Below, in pieces: positions 46,593 to 61,000 of a stretch of DNA of 64,000 nt. This stretch comes from Lingula anatina (lineage: Eukaryota > Animalia > Brachiopoda), in assembly GCA_051362555.1 (NCBI GenBank), contig CM120640.1, positions 54,600,788 through 54,664,787 on the forward strand. Direction: 5' to 3'. The translations under genes were made by a program, and so were the position numbers. The notes under the pieces were generated by a model. It saw only the letters and a program-made list of their open reading frames with translations, was not told where the DNA came from and did not search any database. Positions within the stretch are counted from its first letter, which is position 1; each line of letters opens with the position of its first letter.

Positions 46593-47569
46593 CACGCTCG
46601 GCTGTCACCTTGATTGGATAGTAAACGGTTGTCGTAAAATCGCTAAAAGATATTAAAACCCGGTGCATAAACTTGAAAACCACCTAGGACAACCTTAGAC
46701 TGCCACATTAATCCAATACAATGCAAAAATAAACTATAACAAGTGGTTAAAGCCTTCAAACCGAATGTCGTAAAGTCCCCATATACCTCCAAAGAGACAA
46801 TAAAATATAGTAAGCTTCTGAAACAAGATAAATCCAGTTCCAACATAATAATCGAAATAAAATACTGCCGGGCATCGGAGCGGCCTAAAACTTGGCACGC
46901 TTACCGCTAATACTGCAGGCTACATCATCCCGTCGCTCGTTTGTAAATTCCGTGCATGGCATACGCACAATCAAACCGTATATCCAAATTGCACCTCTGA
47001 TGTTTGAATTAGTCCTCTACGCTATTCAAATCAAGAAGTGACGTAACCGCAGAGGTCACCGTACACCGGGCTTACGCAAAATAAGCCATGCCATTGGACA
47101 ATGCGACCTCTGCGGTTACGTCATTTCCTGAATTGGATTGTAGAGGGGACTAATTCAAACATCAGAGATGGAATTTGGATATACGGTTTGATTGTGCGTA
47201 TGCCATGCACGGAATTTACAAACGAGCGACGGGATGATGTAGCCTGCAGTATTAGCGGTAAGCGTGCCAAGTTTTAGGCCGCTCCGATGCCCGGCAGTAT
47301 TTTATTTCGATTATTATGTTGGAACTGGATTTATCTTGTTTCAGAAGCTTACTATATTTTATTGTCTCTATGGAGGTATATGGGGACTTTACGACATTCG
47401 GTTTGAAGGCTTTAACCACTTGTTATAGTTTATTTTTGCATTGTATTGGATTAATGTGGCAGTCTAAGGTTGTCCTAGGTGGTTTTCAAGTTTATGCACC
47501 GGGTTTTAATATCTTTTAGCGATTTTACGACAACCGTTTACTATCCAATCAAGGTGACAGCCGAGCGTG
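46593..47569. mobile_element. Foldback DNA transposon: 465-bp inverted arms, 47-bp spacer, 8-bp TSD
   Basis: Arms 46593-47057 and 47105-47569 are near-perfect reverse complements; GGAAATAC is duplicated at 46585-46592 and 47570-47577; termini CAC...GTG. Confidence 0.92.
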
Positions 47570-47969
47570 GGAAATACAAATTGATACAATTATCTTTCAA
47601 AGCTTATGCAATAAAACTTGACCTGCTAACCCTAGCTGAATGGGGAACAAGAGGGGGAGGGGTAACAAAATTTACGAAATAAATCTTTTTCCAAACTTTC
47701 TCAAAATCTGACATGCTGGTGAAAAATTTAAGTTCTTCTTTAATACACATTGTCTCTTGCCACCCTTTGCCTAAAATTTTTACTTTCAGCCTTTCTACAA
47801 AAATTTCAGAGGTTAAAAAAAAGAGGGGGGGCTCATGCTTATATTTTCTCTTTTTATATATTCATATGCTCTATATATCAAGAAGAGTAAGTACCTTGAT
47901 AACATTGCATCTGTTTATGCTGTAAATTGCAGTGACTAAGTTTCATAAGGAATTATATAAATGTTGCAG

Positions 47970-48349
47970 CATTCCAATTAAAATCATACCAGAACAAGGA
48001 CAGGGGGATCACTCAGTCGCTGCAAATGTCATGGATAGGCAGGGGTATGTTTGTGTCTAACATTAAGATGTCTTACTGTATAAATCTGTTAAAATTGTCA
48101 AAAAGTATCACTCGTCCTCATATGAGTTCAGCCAGAAGAGTTTCATGTACTTAACCTTTGTTAAAAACTTAACATTTTCCTACTTTATTGATTAATTTTG
48201 AATGACTGATTTTTTTGCCATTTTCTTTAATGAATTATATTAATTTCTTTAGCATTTGAATGAAAATCATACCAGAACAAGGACAGGAAGATCATTCAGT
48301 GGCTGTGGATGTCATGGATAGTCAGGGGTATGTTTGTGTCTAACATTAA
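47970..48349 (+). repeat. Tandem duplication of a 75-nt exon plus donor (47970-48044 and 48253-48327)
   Basis: Both read ag|catt...aaaatcataccagaacaaggacagg...gtcatggatag.caggg|gtatgtttgtgtctaacattaa. Confidence 0.85.
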
Positions 48350-51300
48350 AACATCTTATGTAGGTCCAAAGTACTTGGGGGTTATACTAGAAACAAATAC
48401 TGAGTTTAACTTCAGACCCAATAGTATATATTTTGTCGTACATTTTGTGATATCTGCATTCTGAGTATTTATAGCTGATGACAAACCACAATAAAATGGG
48501 TGTCTTCTTCCTTTGACCTGTGACCCAAAGCCCTTTGAATTATTTCTCCAATTTCTTCACCATTTTATCATTGTGACAGCTGTTAATGTAGGCAGAGGAT
48601 GATAGTAAATCTTCTATTTTATAATCTTATCAGAGTTATTTTTAACAGTATTGAACACCATTTTACTGCAAAAGGTAATTTTTTTGAACACCACTCAAGT
48701 TTTTTCTTGTATATATCTAATATTGTGGCACATTTCTTAAGCAACTATAAATATTAGAGCTTAAAATATTCACATATATATAAGTTAATTATAGGGTTGA
48801 AGCTTGATCGATATCAAGTTAACATTGTGAAAAATTATGAAGAACAGCCAGTGAAGTTTACCCCAAAATCTCATAGGTGGAAAGGAAGATTAACATGTGT
48901 CTTATCTAGTGAATGATGGATCCAATACTGGCTTGATATTTCTGATTTACCTAATTTTTTTTTCCAGTTTATAAATTGGTTGCAGTAATGAGAAAGAAAC
49001 TGACCCTGTCAAATTTTAGTATGAAAGCTAAACATTTTAATATAAAAAAGTTATTGCTTTATCTTTACTTAATATTATATTGAACTGTTAGGGATATTAA
49101 TGGCATATTTGGTGTTGCCGTTAGAATTATAAAGGTGTTTCTACATAGTTCTTGAAAATATTTCATTTGTGATTGAAAATGTTTGTTGTTGACCAGTCCT
49201 TTTCGAAATATGTCCTTATCTTGCCATTGTTGTTTTCAGGGATGCAAGCTTCTTATCTGAGGAGAATAATGAAATGGAGCGTATTCATCAGTCTTTACTC
49301 CAAGCATGTGAAAGTGAGAGTGCGGAAGATGAGACTGATGATGGAGAAGGCAAAAGGGAGGGCTGTGACACCACCATGATTCTTGACGACCAGGACATAG
49401 AACAGTTAATCAAAGATTTAATAAGGATCAGCCATGAAGAATTCATGAAAAGCCGCCAAGACCAAGAGCAAATGGTGGCTGAGATAGTGGACATGTGTGA
49501 GAACAGTTCTCTGGACAAGTTAAACCTGTCTACTTATTCTTTGCAAGAAACATTAGAATCTGCAACTGATAAATTGATTCCGCTACCCCAGATTGCAGAA
49601 TTGGAATCAGAGCCATCTTATACACCTGGAAAAAAGTTAAGTGCCATAGACTTGAGAGAGGTGACAACTTTCACTGATGCAGTGCGGGATGATAAATCTC
49701 CAAGCTGTCTGGACACTGTTACAAGTGAAACTGCAAGCGATACAGAGAATAAATTCTCTGTGATGGAGACTGCTGATACTGAAGAAGTGAAACCCGCAGC
49801 AAACCTAAGTTCACCTGCCCCTTGTGCAGAGGCATTTTCTGGTGGAAGCACAATAAACCCATCCTTTCAACAATCAAAATCTGAGGTACCTAGTTTGAGT
49901 CAACTGGTTAAAGAAGCTTGTTACTCAGGAGAAGAAGTCTGTAATTTGCCACCATCTAGAGGAGAGGCTGTTGAGATTATGGAAGCAGGGCTGATTTTGC
50001 CTGATGCAAATGTACCAGAAGCAGAAATGCCATGTATTACCCTGAAAGGAGGACCATTAATGTCCACACCAAGGACCAATAAATTCCAAAAAAACAACAA
50101 AGATCCATTTTCTCCTATAATAGCATTTCCTTCCTGTACTAAAGGAATTGACACAAGCACCCCCGGCAGATTTAAAGGTGTTGAAAAAGTAAGGCATTTC
50201 AAAGAATTTAAAGCGTACAGTGATGGTGAGGATGAGGAGGAAGAATCTGAGCCAGCTACAGCAGGTAGGAAAATACTAAAAGCTAAGAGGCAGATACAGC
50301 TGTTGCCAAGCTCAAATCTTGATGGAAATATCATGCAGTCAGCAGGTGATAACACATTGGTTACCCTACCACAAAGCAAAAAAATAATACCTAATGAAGA
50401 TGACACTTTAGGCAAGCTGACTGAGCAGAGTGAAGAGCAGAGAGACTTTAAGGGGGACAAAGATGATGTTAACCTGTCTGTGTTAGAGAGGATGCGTTTT
50501 TGTCTCTTACAGCAGATTCAAGATATCAACAACTCTGAGCCAGATGAAGCCTTTGAGAGCCATACTCTGTGTGCAGAACAGGCTCTCAAGACCAAAACCA
50601 CTGATACCACTGAACAAATAGTTAAAAAAATAGAAAGCAAATCATCTTTCATATTGTCCCTCCAGTCTGCAGAATTTCTGCCTAGTGTATCAGGTGACTC
50701 AAATGCAAACAAATCGAAAGTAGGAGAGAAACCAGGGGAAAATAAGGCTGAACAAAATATTTCTACTGAAGAAAATAAACTAGCTGATACCAAGGTTATA
50801 CCCAGTCACACAAAGCAAAATATGATAAAAGAACCAGAAATTCAAGAATTAGACATTGCTACCAAAGAAACCAGATGTATCATTCCAGAGAGGTGCCAAA
50901 CTCATTCAAATGATCTTACCTTGCAACATGATGCCAAGACCAAAGTGGTCCAGGATGGTAAAAAGACTAAATTTATTAGCCACTGTGCAACATCTGTGAA
51001 GGATGTGCCTGTAATATATGTGAGTGGTCTCAAAGTGAAGGAACAACCAGTCGAAAAAGATGCTAGTTTACCTTTTAGCCAAATTGTAAAAGATATCAAA
51101 CAAGATACAAGAGAACCCCCAGCTCCAGTTGTATTCAGTGATATGGTGCCAGACACATGTACAAGCCAAAACAATAACATTAAAATTGCACAAGAAATAA
51201 CACCTCTGCCAAATAACATCTTACCAGTTGGATCCCAAACTCCAGTAGAAGAAGCTGAGATATCCGCTGCTGATAAAGCGTTCCCACTTGAAAAAGATTC

Positions 51301-52363
51301 CATTCCTGTTCTCGGTGAACCTGGACAAAGCAGTGATGAAGGACAAAGAGAGACCTCTATTCCTGTTGCAAAGAAAACAAAAGAAAGAATATGCATAAGT
51401 CCAATTAGATACCCCACCACATTGAATGAAGTGACCAATAAATCTGTCAAAACTGACAGTTCTTCATATAAAAGGGATTCCTGTAGCCAAGGAAAGCAAA
51501 AATCAAAAGTACAAGAGAGACCAAAGAATACTTCTTTTGAAAAAGAACAAAAGAAGGTAATGTTAGATACCAAGGAAAACCAGAGGATGAAGGAAGTCAA
51601 GGCTAGATGGAAGTCGAAGGGCATACCATCACCAGAGGTTAATCTCACCTGTGCCAGTTACTGGAGAAAAAGAACCAAGGCCTCTACTTCAAAGTCAGGT
51701 TTACTGGAGGGGTCATCTCTACACAGCATACCATCAGTTAAGATACCAAACAAACTGAAACGTAAACGTAAGGAAGATTCCACCATGGAAGACACCACAA
51801 AGTACAAGAAACCAAGGATTGAAGAGGCAAAAGGCAGTGACCCTTATGAATTAAAGGAAAAAGTTGGGCAGCAGTTGGATGAGTTAAAAAGCCAACTCAA
51901 TTCTACTATTAACAAGATAATGACTGATTTCCAGTCTGAAAAGTACAAACTAGAAATGGAACACATTTATCAATATCAGCACCTCGTGATGAAACAAAAA
52001 ACAGAAATTATGGGATATATGAGCAACCAAGCTGCTACAAGACACCTCAATTGTGAGCATTCATTTTTGTTGCATAACCTTCGTCGTGGTCAGAAAAGGG
52101 AAATGTCTGAATTGGACACCAAATATAGGGGAAAAATTAAAGAAAAGGAAGCAAGTTACCAAAGGCAAAAGGCTGCTATAAAAGAAATTCTAAAACTTCA
52201 GACACAGCAGACAAATAATGTGGTAGGGTCCCTGTATGTTCCAGTTTCCTTCAGTTCGAAGTGTTCCAATGTGGCAGAACATGTCTCCCTCCTCCCAGCA
52301 GGGATAGCAGAGGAAATGATTGCAGAGGATGTTCTGTATGATAGATTTTATAAACATGAATGA
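48260..52363 (+). CDS. Uncharacterized ~1050-aa largely disordered, probably nuclear protein with C-terminal coiled coil
   Basis: Uninterrupted 1029-codon ORF 49274-52363, with acceptor ttttcag at 49239 in frame with the upstream small exon 48253-48327 (ATG at 48260: MKIIPEQG...MDSQG). Acidic/Ser-Thr-rich, with STP/SP motifs, a bipartite NLS-like KLKRKRK...KYKKPR and a heptad-like C-terminus. No family recognised. Confidence 0.82.
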
Positions 52364-54967
52364 CCGGAATCCTTTGTTACAGTATTCTTTTTACTGTAAC
52401 AACATATTTTGAACAGTCAGCTCTTTATCTTCAAAGGGGACAAATTACTAGCAGTAAGGGTTTTAACAGTTCAGTGCCTACTAAACATTCAAGTTAAAAA
52501 ATCTTGCCACATATTTTTGTGTCAGTTTTGAATTTCAAGTTCTACCTTTTATTTAACATGCGAGTTAAAAGAATTTATATAGTTGACAGCAAATTAATTT
52601 TTTTTTTTTTCTTAATGAATAGTATGTATTAAGGCATGTGCACATGTGCATGGTAGTGTTAAGTAGAACTATACGTATTTAAGAATCTTTCCATAGCCAT
52701 ACACATTTTTGCTCATAATACATATCAAGCTAAGAGAAATTTATCCAGACCCTGATACTAGCACAGTGCTGAAATTTAAACACTTGTCTTGGTTTTTGTT
52801 TGTTAAATGATTTATTTTACCTGTTTATTCCTTTATAATTACCAATATAATTCCATTATTTTATAAATTCCTAATGATCATTTTTACTTATTACCAGAAT
52901 TATACTTTTTATTTTGAAACTTGAACAATAATAATTTTGGTTGTGACTTTTTCTTACAGATTCAAATAGGTGGATGACTGAAACTTAAAAGCCATTTTCA
53001 GGATCACCTTTTCCAATTTTTGAAGTCTTGAAACGATTCAAATTAATTTTTAAATTTGTTTTGTCCACAATTAAGAGTTAATTTTTTCAAAGTTTATGAA
53101 GTTTAAATGTTTAAGCCATTACTAAGTTAAGTTGTACAATGCAAAGCTATCAATCAACTATTTTTGACAAAATTTCTTAACAATTGAAATTTTTTACACA
53201 ATGTTATATAAACAAAAGATCTATTTCCATGTGCTAAGTTTACTAAAAATTCAATTAAGTTGTTTTAGTAGTGATGTAAATACAGTTCTAATTTCTCATG
53301 TATGATTTTATAACAAAATGTATTTTTGGTGATTTCTCAGTTTTTAAATAATAACATATCCCAGGCTTTACTTATTGAGCGTAATGCAATGAATACAATA
53401 GATCATGCTATTTAGAATAATGGTACTTAAAGATTCCAAACAAAAGTAATTGAGAAGTACTACAGATTTTTGAGAGCCAAATTCATATTAACACAATTTT
53501 AGCAGTTAGGGTTGTAATTATAGTAGCACCAGCGTTAGCGTTGCCAGTTCTCATGGTTTTAGTCCTGACCAGCAGGTGCTGGCTCTGCAGTGAAGACACC
53601 TTTACTGCTTCTCCTGTTAGACTACTTTTTTTGCTAGGAACTGTACTTCGCTAATTTTCCATACATCTCCAAAACTGGCAGAAATACACCCATAGTTACT
53701 ATTGGACTTGAATAGGAAGTCGTATGTTGGGTAACTTAACGTAACCTTGAAATTGACCTACTTTGCAAATTTTCTAGCACTTAGCATATTTACCAGCCCC
53801 TGTTTTTGCACAACTAAAATAGGTACATCTATTCAACTCAAATGAGCTTAATGTCATTCATGGTACAATATCTGGCAGCTGTATTGCCTCTCTGATCCTT
53901 TACTTTTTGTTAGAGTAGATTTTTACAGTTATTAGTAAATAAAGTATACATTTTCAGATTTTTATATAAATTTTCTATCAATTTATAGTAATTCTATTTG
54001 GGCATGATTTTGGCTTTAAATGTAAACTTTATGTTTGGCATGTTATTCAAATTTTATTTGTCATAGTCACACAGCATAACAGGGACATTTCATGCAATAA
54101 AAGGTTAAAACGGAATGAATAGTTCCATCCCATTTCCATAAGGTCATTCACACGTTCATTTTCATGACAGTCACAGTTCTTGCAAGTTTTGCAATAGAAA
54201 TGTGATTTTTTTATGAGAACGATCCATGAAACGTAGACTAATTTGTTGTACTTTTTCTTTTTTTGAAAAACTGCAACATCTGAATTTGTGTGAGGCAGTC
54301 ATTAAATTGAAAGTTGAAACTAAATGGAACAAAACCCAAAATCATTTTATAATGAAAAACTTATTATTATTAAAAGATATTATCTATCTGTATAAATAAA
54401 ATTTCCATTTCTGATACTAATGTGAAACCAGCAACCCACCCAAGTGGCACTGACACTCATAAAACTTTTAATCATCAGTCAATTTTGAAATTAAAGGCAC
54501 ATTTTGTAATAAAAAAATTTAACAGCTAACACCTATTATTTAAAAATGTAGATCCCATACGTAATGAATTTGATATGTGGGCATCTTCCCTGTACACGTA
54601 GGTAGATGCTGAAAATTGTGGGGGGAAAGGTCAAATATATCAATTTTAATCAGAAGAAGAAAAATTATTCAATTTTGATAATTGCTAAAATCATAGTCAA
54701 GATTTCATAAATGCCTTGTGACCTGAGACAGTAAGCTGGACAAAAATTGAGTGGGTTACAAAAGTACTTCGGAAAAAAATTAGTTGTCGGTCCAAGAAGG
54801 TGTGTTTATTTCATTCTATCAAGATGTTATTTCAGTTGAAAATAGATTTTTTTTCCAAAGTTCAAATTTGCCTGCAATTTGAAGAATGAACTTAAAATAT
54901 TTTCCACATTTTTCCTACAGTTATAGGTTGTAAGTCAGTGGCTATAGAATTTCAGCAGCATTTTTGC

Positions 54968-54970
<3 letters not shown>

Positions 54971-55008
<38 letters not shown>
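54971..55008. repeat. (TA)n microsatellite immediately 3' of the CRYL1 stop codon
   Basis: Direct reading. Confidence 0.95.
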
Positions 55009-55012
<4 letters not shown>

Positions 55013-55015
<3 letters not shown>

Positions 55016-58000
55016 ATCTAACTCTTTCTTAAGCTTTGCAAGAGCCATAAGGCGCTGATCTCTCCACTGTCTGCGCTCTTGGAGTTTGTCCAGTGGAATT
55101 TTCTTGCAGAGTGCCTCCTGCACTTTTTCTGCTGTCTCACTTGAGGGGTCTATTGTAGGCGTGGGACCAAAGGACTGGACAACATTATAAATACCCTGCC
55201 CATACCTTTCACAGTAGTTCACCACACCTGCAATTAATACCTTTCAGATTATTCATTTACTTGAAAATAACCTACAAATAAAAATCATAAGATGAAAGTT
55301 AAATTGTTAGGAAAAGGACAGAATAGAGTGGAAAAGCAATTCATATTTTTGTTGTATCGCATAATTAATATGTAAATCACAAATAATACATCATATAGTT
55401 GTGAAAAGTTAAGTTCTGAGCTTTGCATACATCAACAAGGTCCGTAAATTCAAAAGAGAAACTTGTTTAAAAAAAGAAAGAAAACTTCAACTATCACACA
55501 AAGTGAAAATGTATCCATGATTACAATCTTATTTCTATTGCACCAATGCTTGGGCAGCAAAAGGTCTTTGCCTTCCATATTTTAATTGGTTGCAAACTTA
55601 TAAGTGCTTAAAGGCCCGGGGTTATTTACTTGATCATTGTATCATAAAATGGTTGGACAAGAGGGGAAAACAGTCTAAAATGTGTGTATAGGGGGGGGGG
55701 GGGGGGGGGGCATGTGCAACAATCCTGGGGTTGTCACTAGAATTTTATGTGAGAACTAATCCTTACCCTCTGCATTGAGATGAATGGTTTCCATTGGTCC
55801 CATGAAAGCATAGCGTGGTGCCAGTCCACATGTCATGACTGTATCTATATCTTCTACACTTAGTACACCATCCTGCAGGAAAGATGGATCATGAATTGTT
55901 TTTATGTACAGACACAGATGTGTCTGTACATATTGCCATCACCTGCGTCTGTCGTCGCCGATGGCGATGGCGATGGCGATGGCGATGCCGATGCCGATGC
56001 CGATGCCGGCGCCGTGCACTTTCCTTGTAAACACGATAAGTGGATGGCAGTTTTACTTTTTGGCTTCATATTTACAGAGCTGATGAATATTCATAAAACG
56101 CAGGTCAAGTTCGAAAATCAGCATGATCGGGCCATTATTGTAGAAGTTATGCTGTTTTTTCACTTTTCAGCATATTTTTCACTTTTCCTCAGATTCAATT
56201 CTTAGGCATGTTAACAGTCTCATTATTAAACTTATAAGATACGTAAAAGTTTTTGTTTGACATTTCCTGCATCTTTACAACATTGTTAGTTGATTTTGTA
56301 AAAATGATGGTAAACTTGTTATCGTGTATTGTGTAATAAAGTTTCAAAAATGGAAATAAACTCATATCATTGCAGTTTGTCAGATTCAATCATTCACTAT
56401 GTTCAGAATCTCAGAATGGAAGAAATTGGACATTTAACACTGCTCTATTGATATTTTTCCCATCTCATCAATTTTCTTAGTTGATCATATAAAAATGGCA
56501 GTAAACTGTTAATTTTGTTTTATGTTAAAAATTTTTAAAAATGAAAAAAAAAAAACATTTCAGAACAGTGCTGTCTTGTTTACATTTTGGCATTTTCAAG
56601 TTGTGACTTTGAAGTTCCATGGGCCTGAAGACCTTTGCTAGTCACATTTTCTGAATATCCATGATACTAATATTTTATTATTAAAAATTGATGGTCATTA
56701 TGCTGTTAAACATTATGTAATATTGCATCAAAATTTGAAAAAAAACCTATTTTGGGCACTGCTCCCATGATGACCATTTAAGAAAAACCATGTCACTTAC
56801 TGTTCTCAAACAGTACAGTAAATATATATAGATGTGTCTGTACATATTGCCATCACCTGCGTCTGTCGTCTCCGTCATCGCCGTCGCCGGCGCCGTGCAC
56901 TTTCATTGTAAACACGATAAGTGGAAGGCAGCTTTACTTTTTGGCTTTATATTTACAGAGCTGATGAATATTCATAAAATGCAGGTCAAGTTCGAAAATC
57001 AGCATGATCGGGTCATTATTGTAGAAGTTATGCTTAATTTTTCACTTTTCAGCATATATGCAACACTGTAAACACATTCCAAGGAAAACCGATTCGCCTG
57101 TTGTCATGAAACTCACAGGAGTAATCTATCTTACTACAACGCAGGTCAAGTTAGAAAATCGGCATGATCAGGCCACTATTTTAGTAGTTATGCTTTTTTT
57201 TTCACTTTTCAGCATATATGCAACACTGTAAACACAATATAAGAAAAACAGATAGGCCAATTGTCATTAAACTCACAGGAGTGGTCAATCCTTCTAAACA
57301 CAGGTTGAGTTAAAAGATCAGCATAATCGGGCCATTATTTTAGAAGTTATGTTGTTTTTTCACATTTTCTCAGATTCAATTCTTAGGCATGTTAACAGTT
57401 TCATTATTTAATTAATAAGATATTAAAAGTGTTTGTTTGACATTTCCTGCATCTTTACAACATTGTTAGTTGATTTTGTAAAAATGATGGTTAATTTGTT
57501 ATCGTGTATTGTGTAATAAAGTTTCAAAAATGGAAATAAACTCATATCATTGCAGTTTGTCAGATTCAATCATTCACTATGTTCAGAATCTCAGAATGGA
57601 GGAAATTGGACATTTAACACTGTTCTATTGATATTTTTCCCATCTCATCAATTTTTTTAGTTGATCATATAAAAATGGCAGTAAACTGTTAATTTTGTTT
57701 TATGTTAAAAATTGTTAAAAATGGAGAAAAAAAAACATTTCAGAACAGTGCTGTCTTGTTTACATTTTGGCATTTTCAAGTTGTGACTCTGAAGTTCCAT
57801 GGGCCTGAAGACCTTTGCTAGTCACATTTTATTATTAAAAATTGATGGTCATTATGCTGTTAAACATTATGTAATATTGCATCAAAATTTGAAAAAAACC
57901 TATTTTGGGCACTGCTCCCATGATGACCATTTAAGAAAAACCATGTCACTTACTGTTCTCAAACTTACAGGAAAGAAACATGGGACTAAAATATAGCTTC

Positions 58001-61000
58001 AGTAGGCAATGCAATCTGCCAGTTAAACATTTTTTTTGTGAAATTTTAATTTTTCACATATTGGCATATTCAAGGTGTGACTTTGAAGCTCCACAGGCTT
58101 GAAGACCCATGCTTGTCACATTTTCTGAAAATCCATGATACATATATTTTATTATTAAAAATTGATGGTCATTATGCTGGTAACCATTATGTAATATTAC
58201 ATCAGAATAGAAGAAAACACAATCTTGGGTGCTGCTGCCATGATGACCATTATGGGAAAACCATGTTACTTATGATTGCCAAACTTTCAAAATAGAAATA
58301 CAGGACTAAAATGCAGCCCGAGTTGGAAAAGCAGTCTAATTGACATCTTTTTCTGGAAGTTTTACATTTTCAAAGGGTGAACTTGAACTCCCATGGGCCT
58401 GAAGCCTTATGTTTGTTACACATTTTACTTACATTGGTATTACCTGTTGAGCATAATTAGAATTTGATGTTGAATTTGCAGTTTAACATAATGTACTTTT
58501 GCATCAGAATTGACAGTAGCCTATTTTGTTATTTCCTGCTTTTTGTCTGTACATTTGACAGCTTTGCTGCCTTGTTTCTCTTTATACTTTGGTTCTGCTT
58601 AAGATTTTTAACAAGCTTTTCAACAACTAACATATCCACTGGCAGTTGATGCAATTGTATTTTCTAAATTATTCTTATGAAATGTAACTTTGAATCTTCT
58701 CCTACATGTAAATGATACATTTAATCTGACACAATGCATCAAGTTGACAAGAAGAGTCAGCATCAGAATATGAAGCTCTAAAAGTTCAAACTTAAATATG
58801 ATTAAGTAATGGTATATACAGGGGCGTAACCAGACCTTTAAAAATTGTACGCACTTGTATTTCTTTACTAGGGGGAGGGGGGGGGGGCAGAACAATTGTG
58901 CCTTTACAATTGATACAGAGGATTTGTACATACAGGTGACTTTAATAAGCAGAGGATTTTTTTTTATATTCCGTGAAAAATACGCTAAATTTATATAAAA
59001 TAATATCATGGTTGGCCAAAAAATTGTACGCACAGTGCATCCGTGCGTATGCCTAGTTATGCCCATGATATATATTACATGTACCATGAATATAATCAAC
59101 ATTTATTACACGTAAAAAGTAACAATTTAATGTCATAAACTAGGACTAGACTGATTACCTGAATAAGTCTCCAACATTCAGCAAGAATTGCATACTGCAC
59201 CCTGTTTAAGGCAAACCCATCCACTTCTTTCTTCAATACGACAGGTGCCTGACCTAGCTTTGTCATCACCTCTTTAGTCTGTGTGACTAGCTCTGGCTTT
59301 GTGTATGGGGCTGGCACCAGTTCTACTAGTGGCACATAGAAAGGGGGGTTGATCTACATTAATAAAAATGATCAACATAGACATTTGCAGGGATGAGACC
59401 AGTCCTCACTGAAAAAGTAGGAATTACATGATTCACCCAATTTACACGATTCACAAGAATGACCCAAATGACCCTGAAAATATCAGAATTCAGACAAAAG
59501 TTGAAAAAGTCTCATCGGTGCATTTGACTGACATCAATTATTACAGGTCTACCTCATACTCTGTGCATAAGATTGTATGAAGAGTGAACCCATCTAAGAA
59601 AATATGCTTCCTTCCATGGCAATATTATCAATAGGTAAGGATGAAACAATGTACTGGTACACATATTTGATGCAGCTGTGAGATTATTTTAGTAGGTAAT
59701 GTATATGTGTATGACCTATGGACCCCGATTATTTTAGGAACTGGAAAGGTACAGCATCTCATTCATTCTACATCCATATGAAGATCTGATGAGGCTTAAA
59801 ACACTTATACTGAGTACCAATACACCTTTAAAAATAACCTAAGGCCCAATTCCCATAGACACCACCAGTCTACATAGACTCTCACTGACTGCAATCAGCT
59901 TAACTGAATGACACCTCCTGGCGTTAAGTAGAATACAGAAAAGCTGGTGATTATATGAGTACATTGGAACAAGAGGAAGCATGTCATTCAGTTATAGTGC
60001 TGATTGTACTTGGTGAAAGTCCCCACAGAGTTGGGCTGATCCAGGTAGACCTATGGTGTATGTGGGAATGGGGTCTTGAACTCACAGGGTGGGCAACCAA
60101 AACTTGGCTTTTGTGTTTTAAGTCTTCAGAAAAGAGGGAAGGTACTATACAGCTGGAGGAACTAGCCAGGACTGTCTTGTCAGACACAATGTCATCCAGT
60201 TGCTTGAATATCTTCCTCTTCAGTTCCAATACTTCTGGAATGCATTCCTGAAATACAAGGGGATAAATTTACCATGTGAAACTGATTAAAGTTTAGAATG
60301 AAAACCATAATATTATACAACTACAAATATTTCTGTGAGTTAATAAAATGGTGGTGTGATCTCTTTAGACTTGGGCTTTTTATGTGTGTCATACAGGTAA
60401 TAAACAAGAGCTGAAACTGAAGAACAACTTTACAGGGATAAATCGACCAATGATGCTGGAAAAAATGAGATCCTCATTACAGATCATTGCAAAATTAAGT
60501 AAACTTCCCTCATAAAATATTTGGACAATGCAAAACTTAAAACAAAAAAAAACTCTGGCCTTGGCAGACTCCTTAATGCTAAGGTCTTACAGTATACATA
60601 CTCATAGAGTTTACAATTAATGCAATGATATATGTACCTGTACATGTACAGCATCTTTGACACACTCTATTAGACTACTAGATCCTGTTATAAGAGAGAA
60701 CTGTTCTTCTGCTGAAAGTGTCCCTCTCAACATACCACCATCCTCCAACTTCTTCAGCTGTACATGGATTCCTTCCAGTGCATCTGAAACATTATTGGAA
60801 GGTTTACTTTTTTACCAAGAGATCTCCAGAATATACATATGCAGGTATTTTTACTAAAATAAAATAGTGATTCGAGACAAAAAAAAAAATGAAATGCACC
60901 TTGAATTTCTCTTCTCTGTCATTTGCACTTTTCAAATATAAATTTCAAAATAACAGAACCAACAACAACAAAATAAAAAAATAATAATGTGATCAATCAA

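Noticed and set aside
46643-47519. Twin 67-aa ORFs on opposite strands (MLELDLSCFRS...)
   Set aside because: Mirror products of the foldback arms; no protein motif.
49288-51648. Long antisense ORFs (up to 248 aa) opposite the 1029-aa ORF
   Set aside because: Expected shadow ORFs of a long coding exon; low-complexity, no homology signal.
55891-56205. ORF with [11 protein letters not shown] repeat
   Set aside because: Translation of the microsatellite in the Helentron-like element; not a gene.
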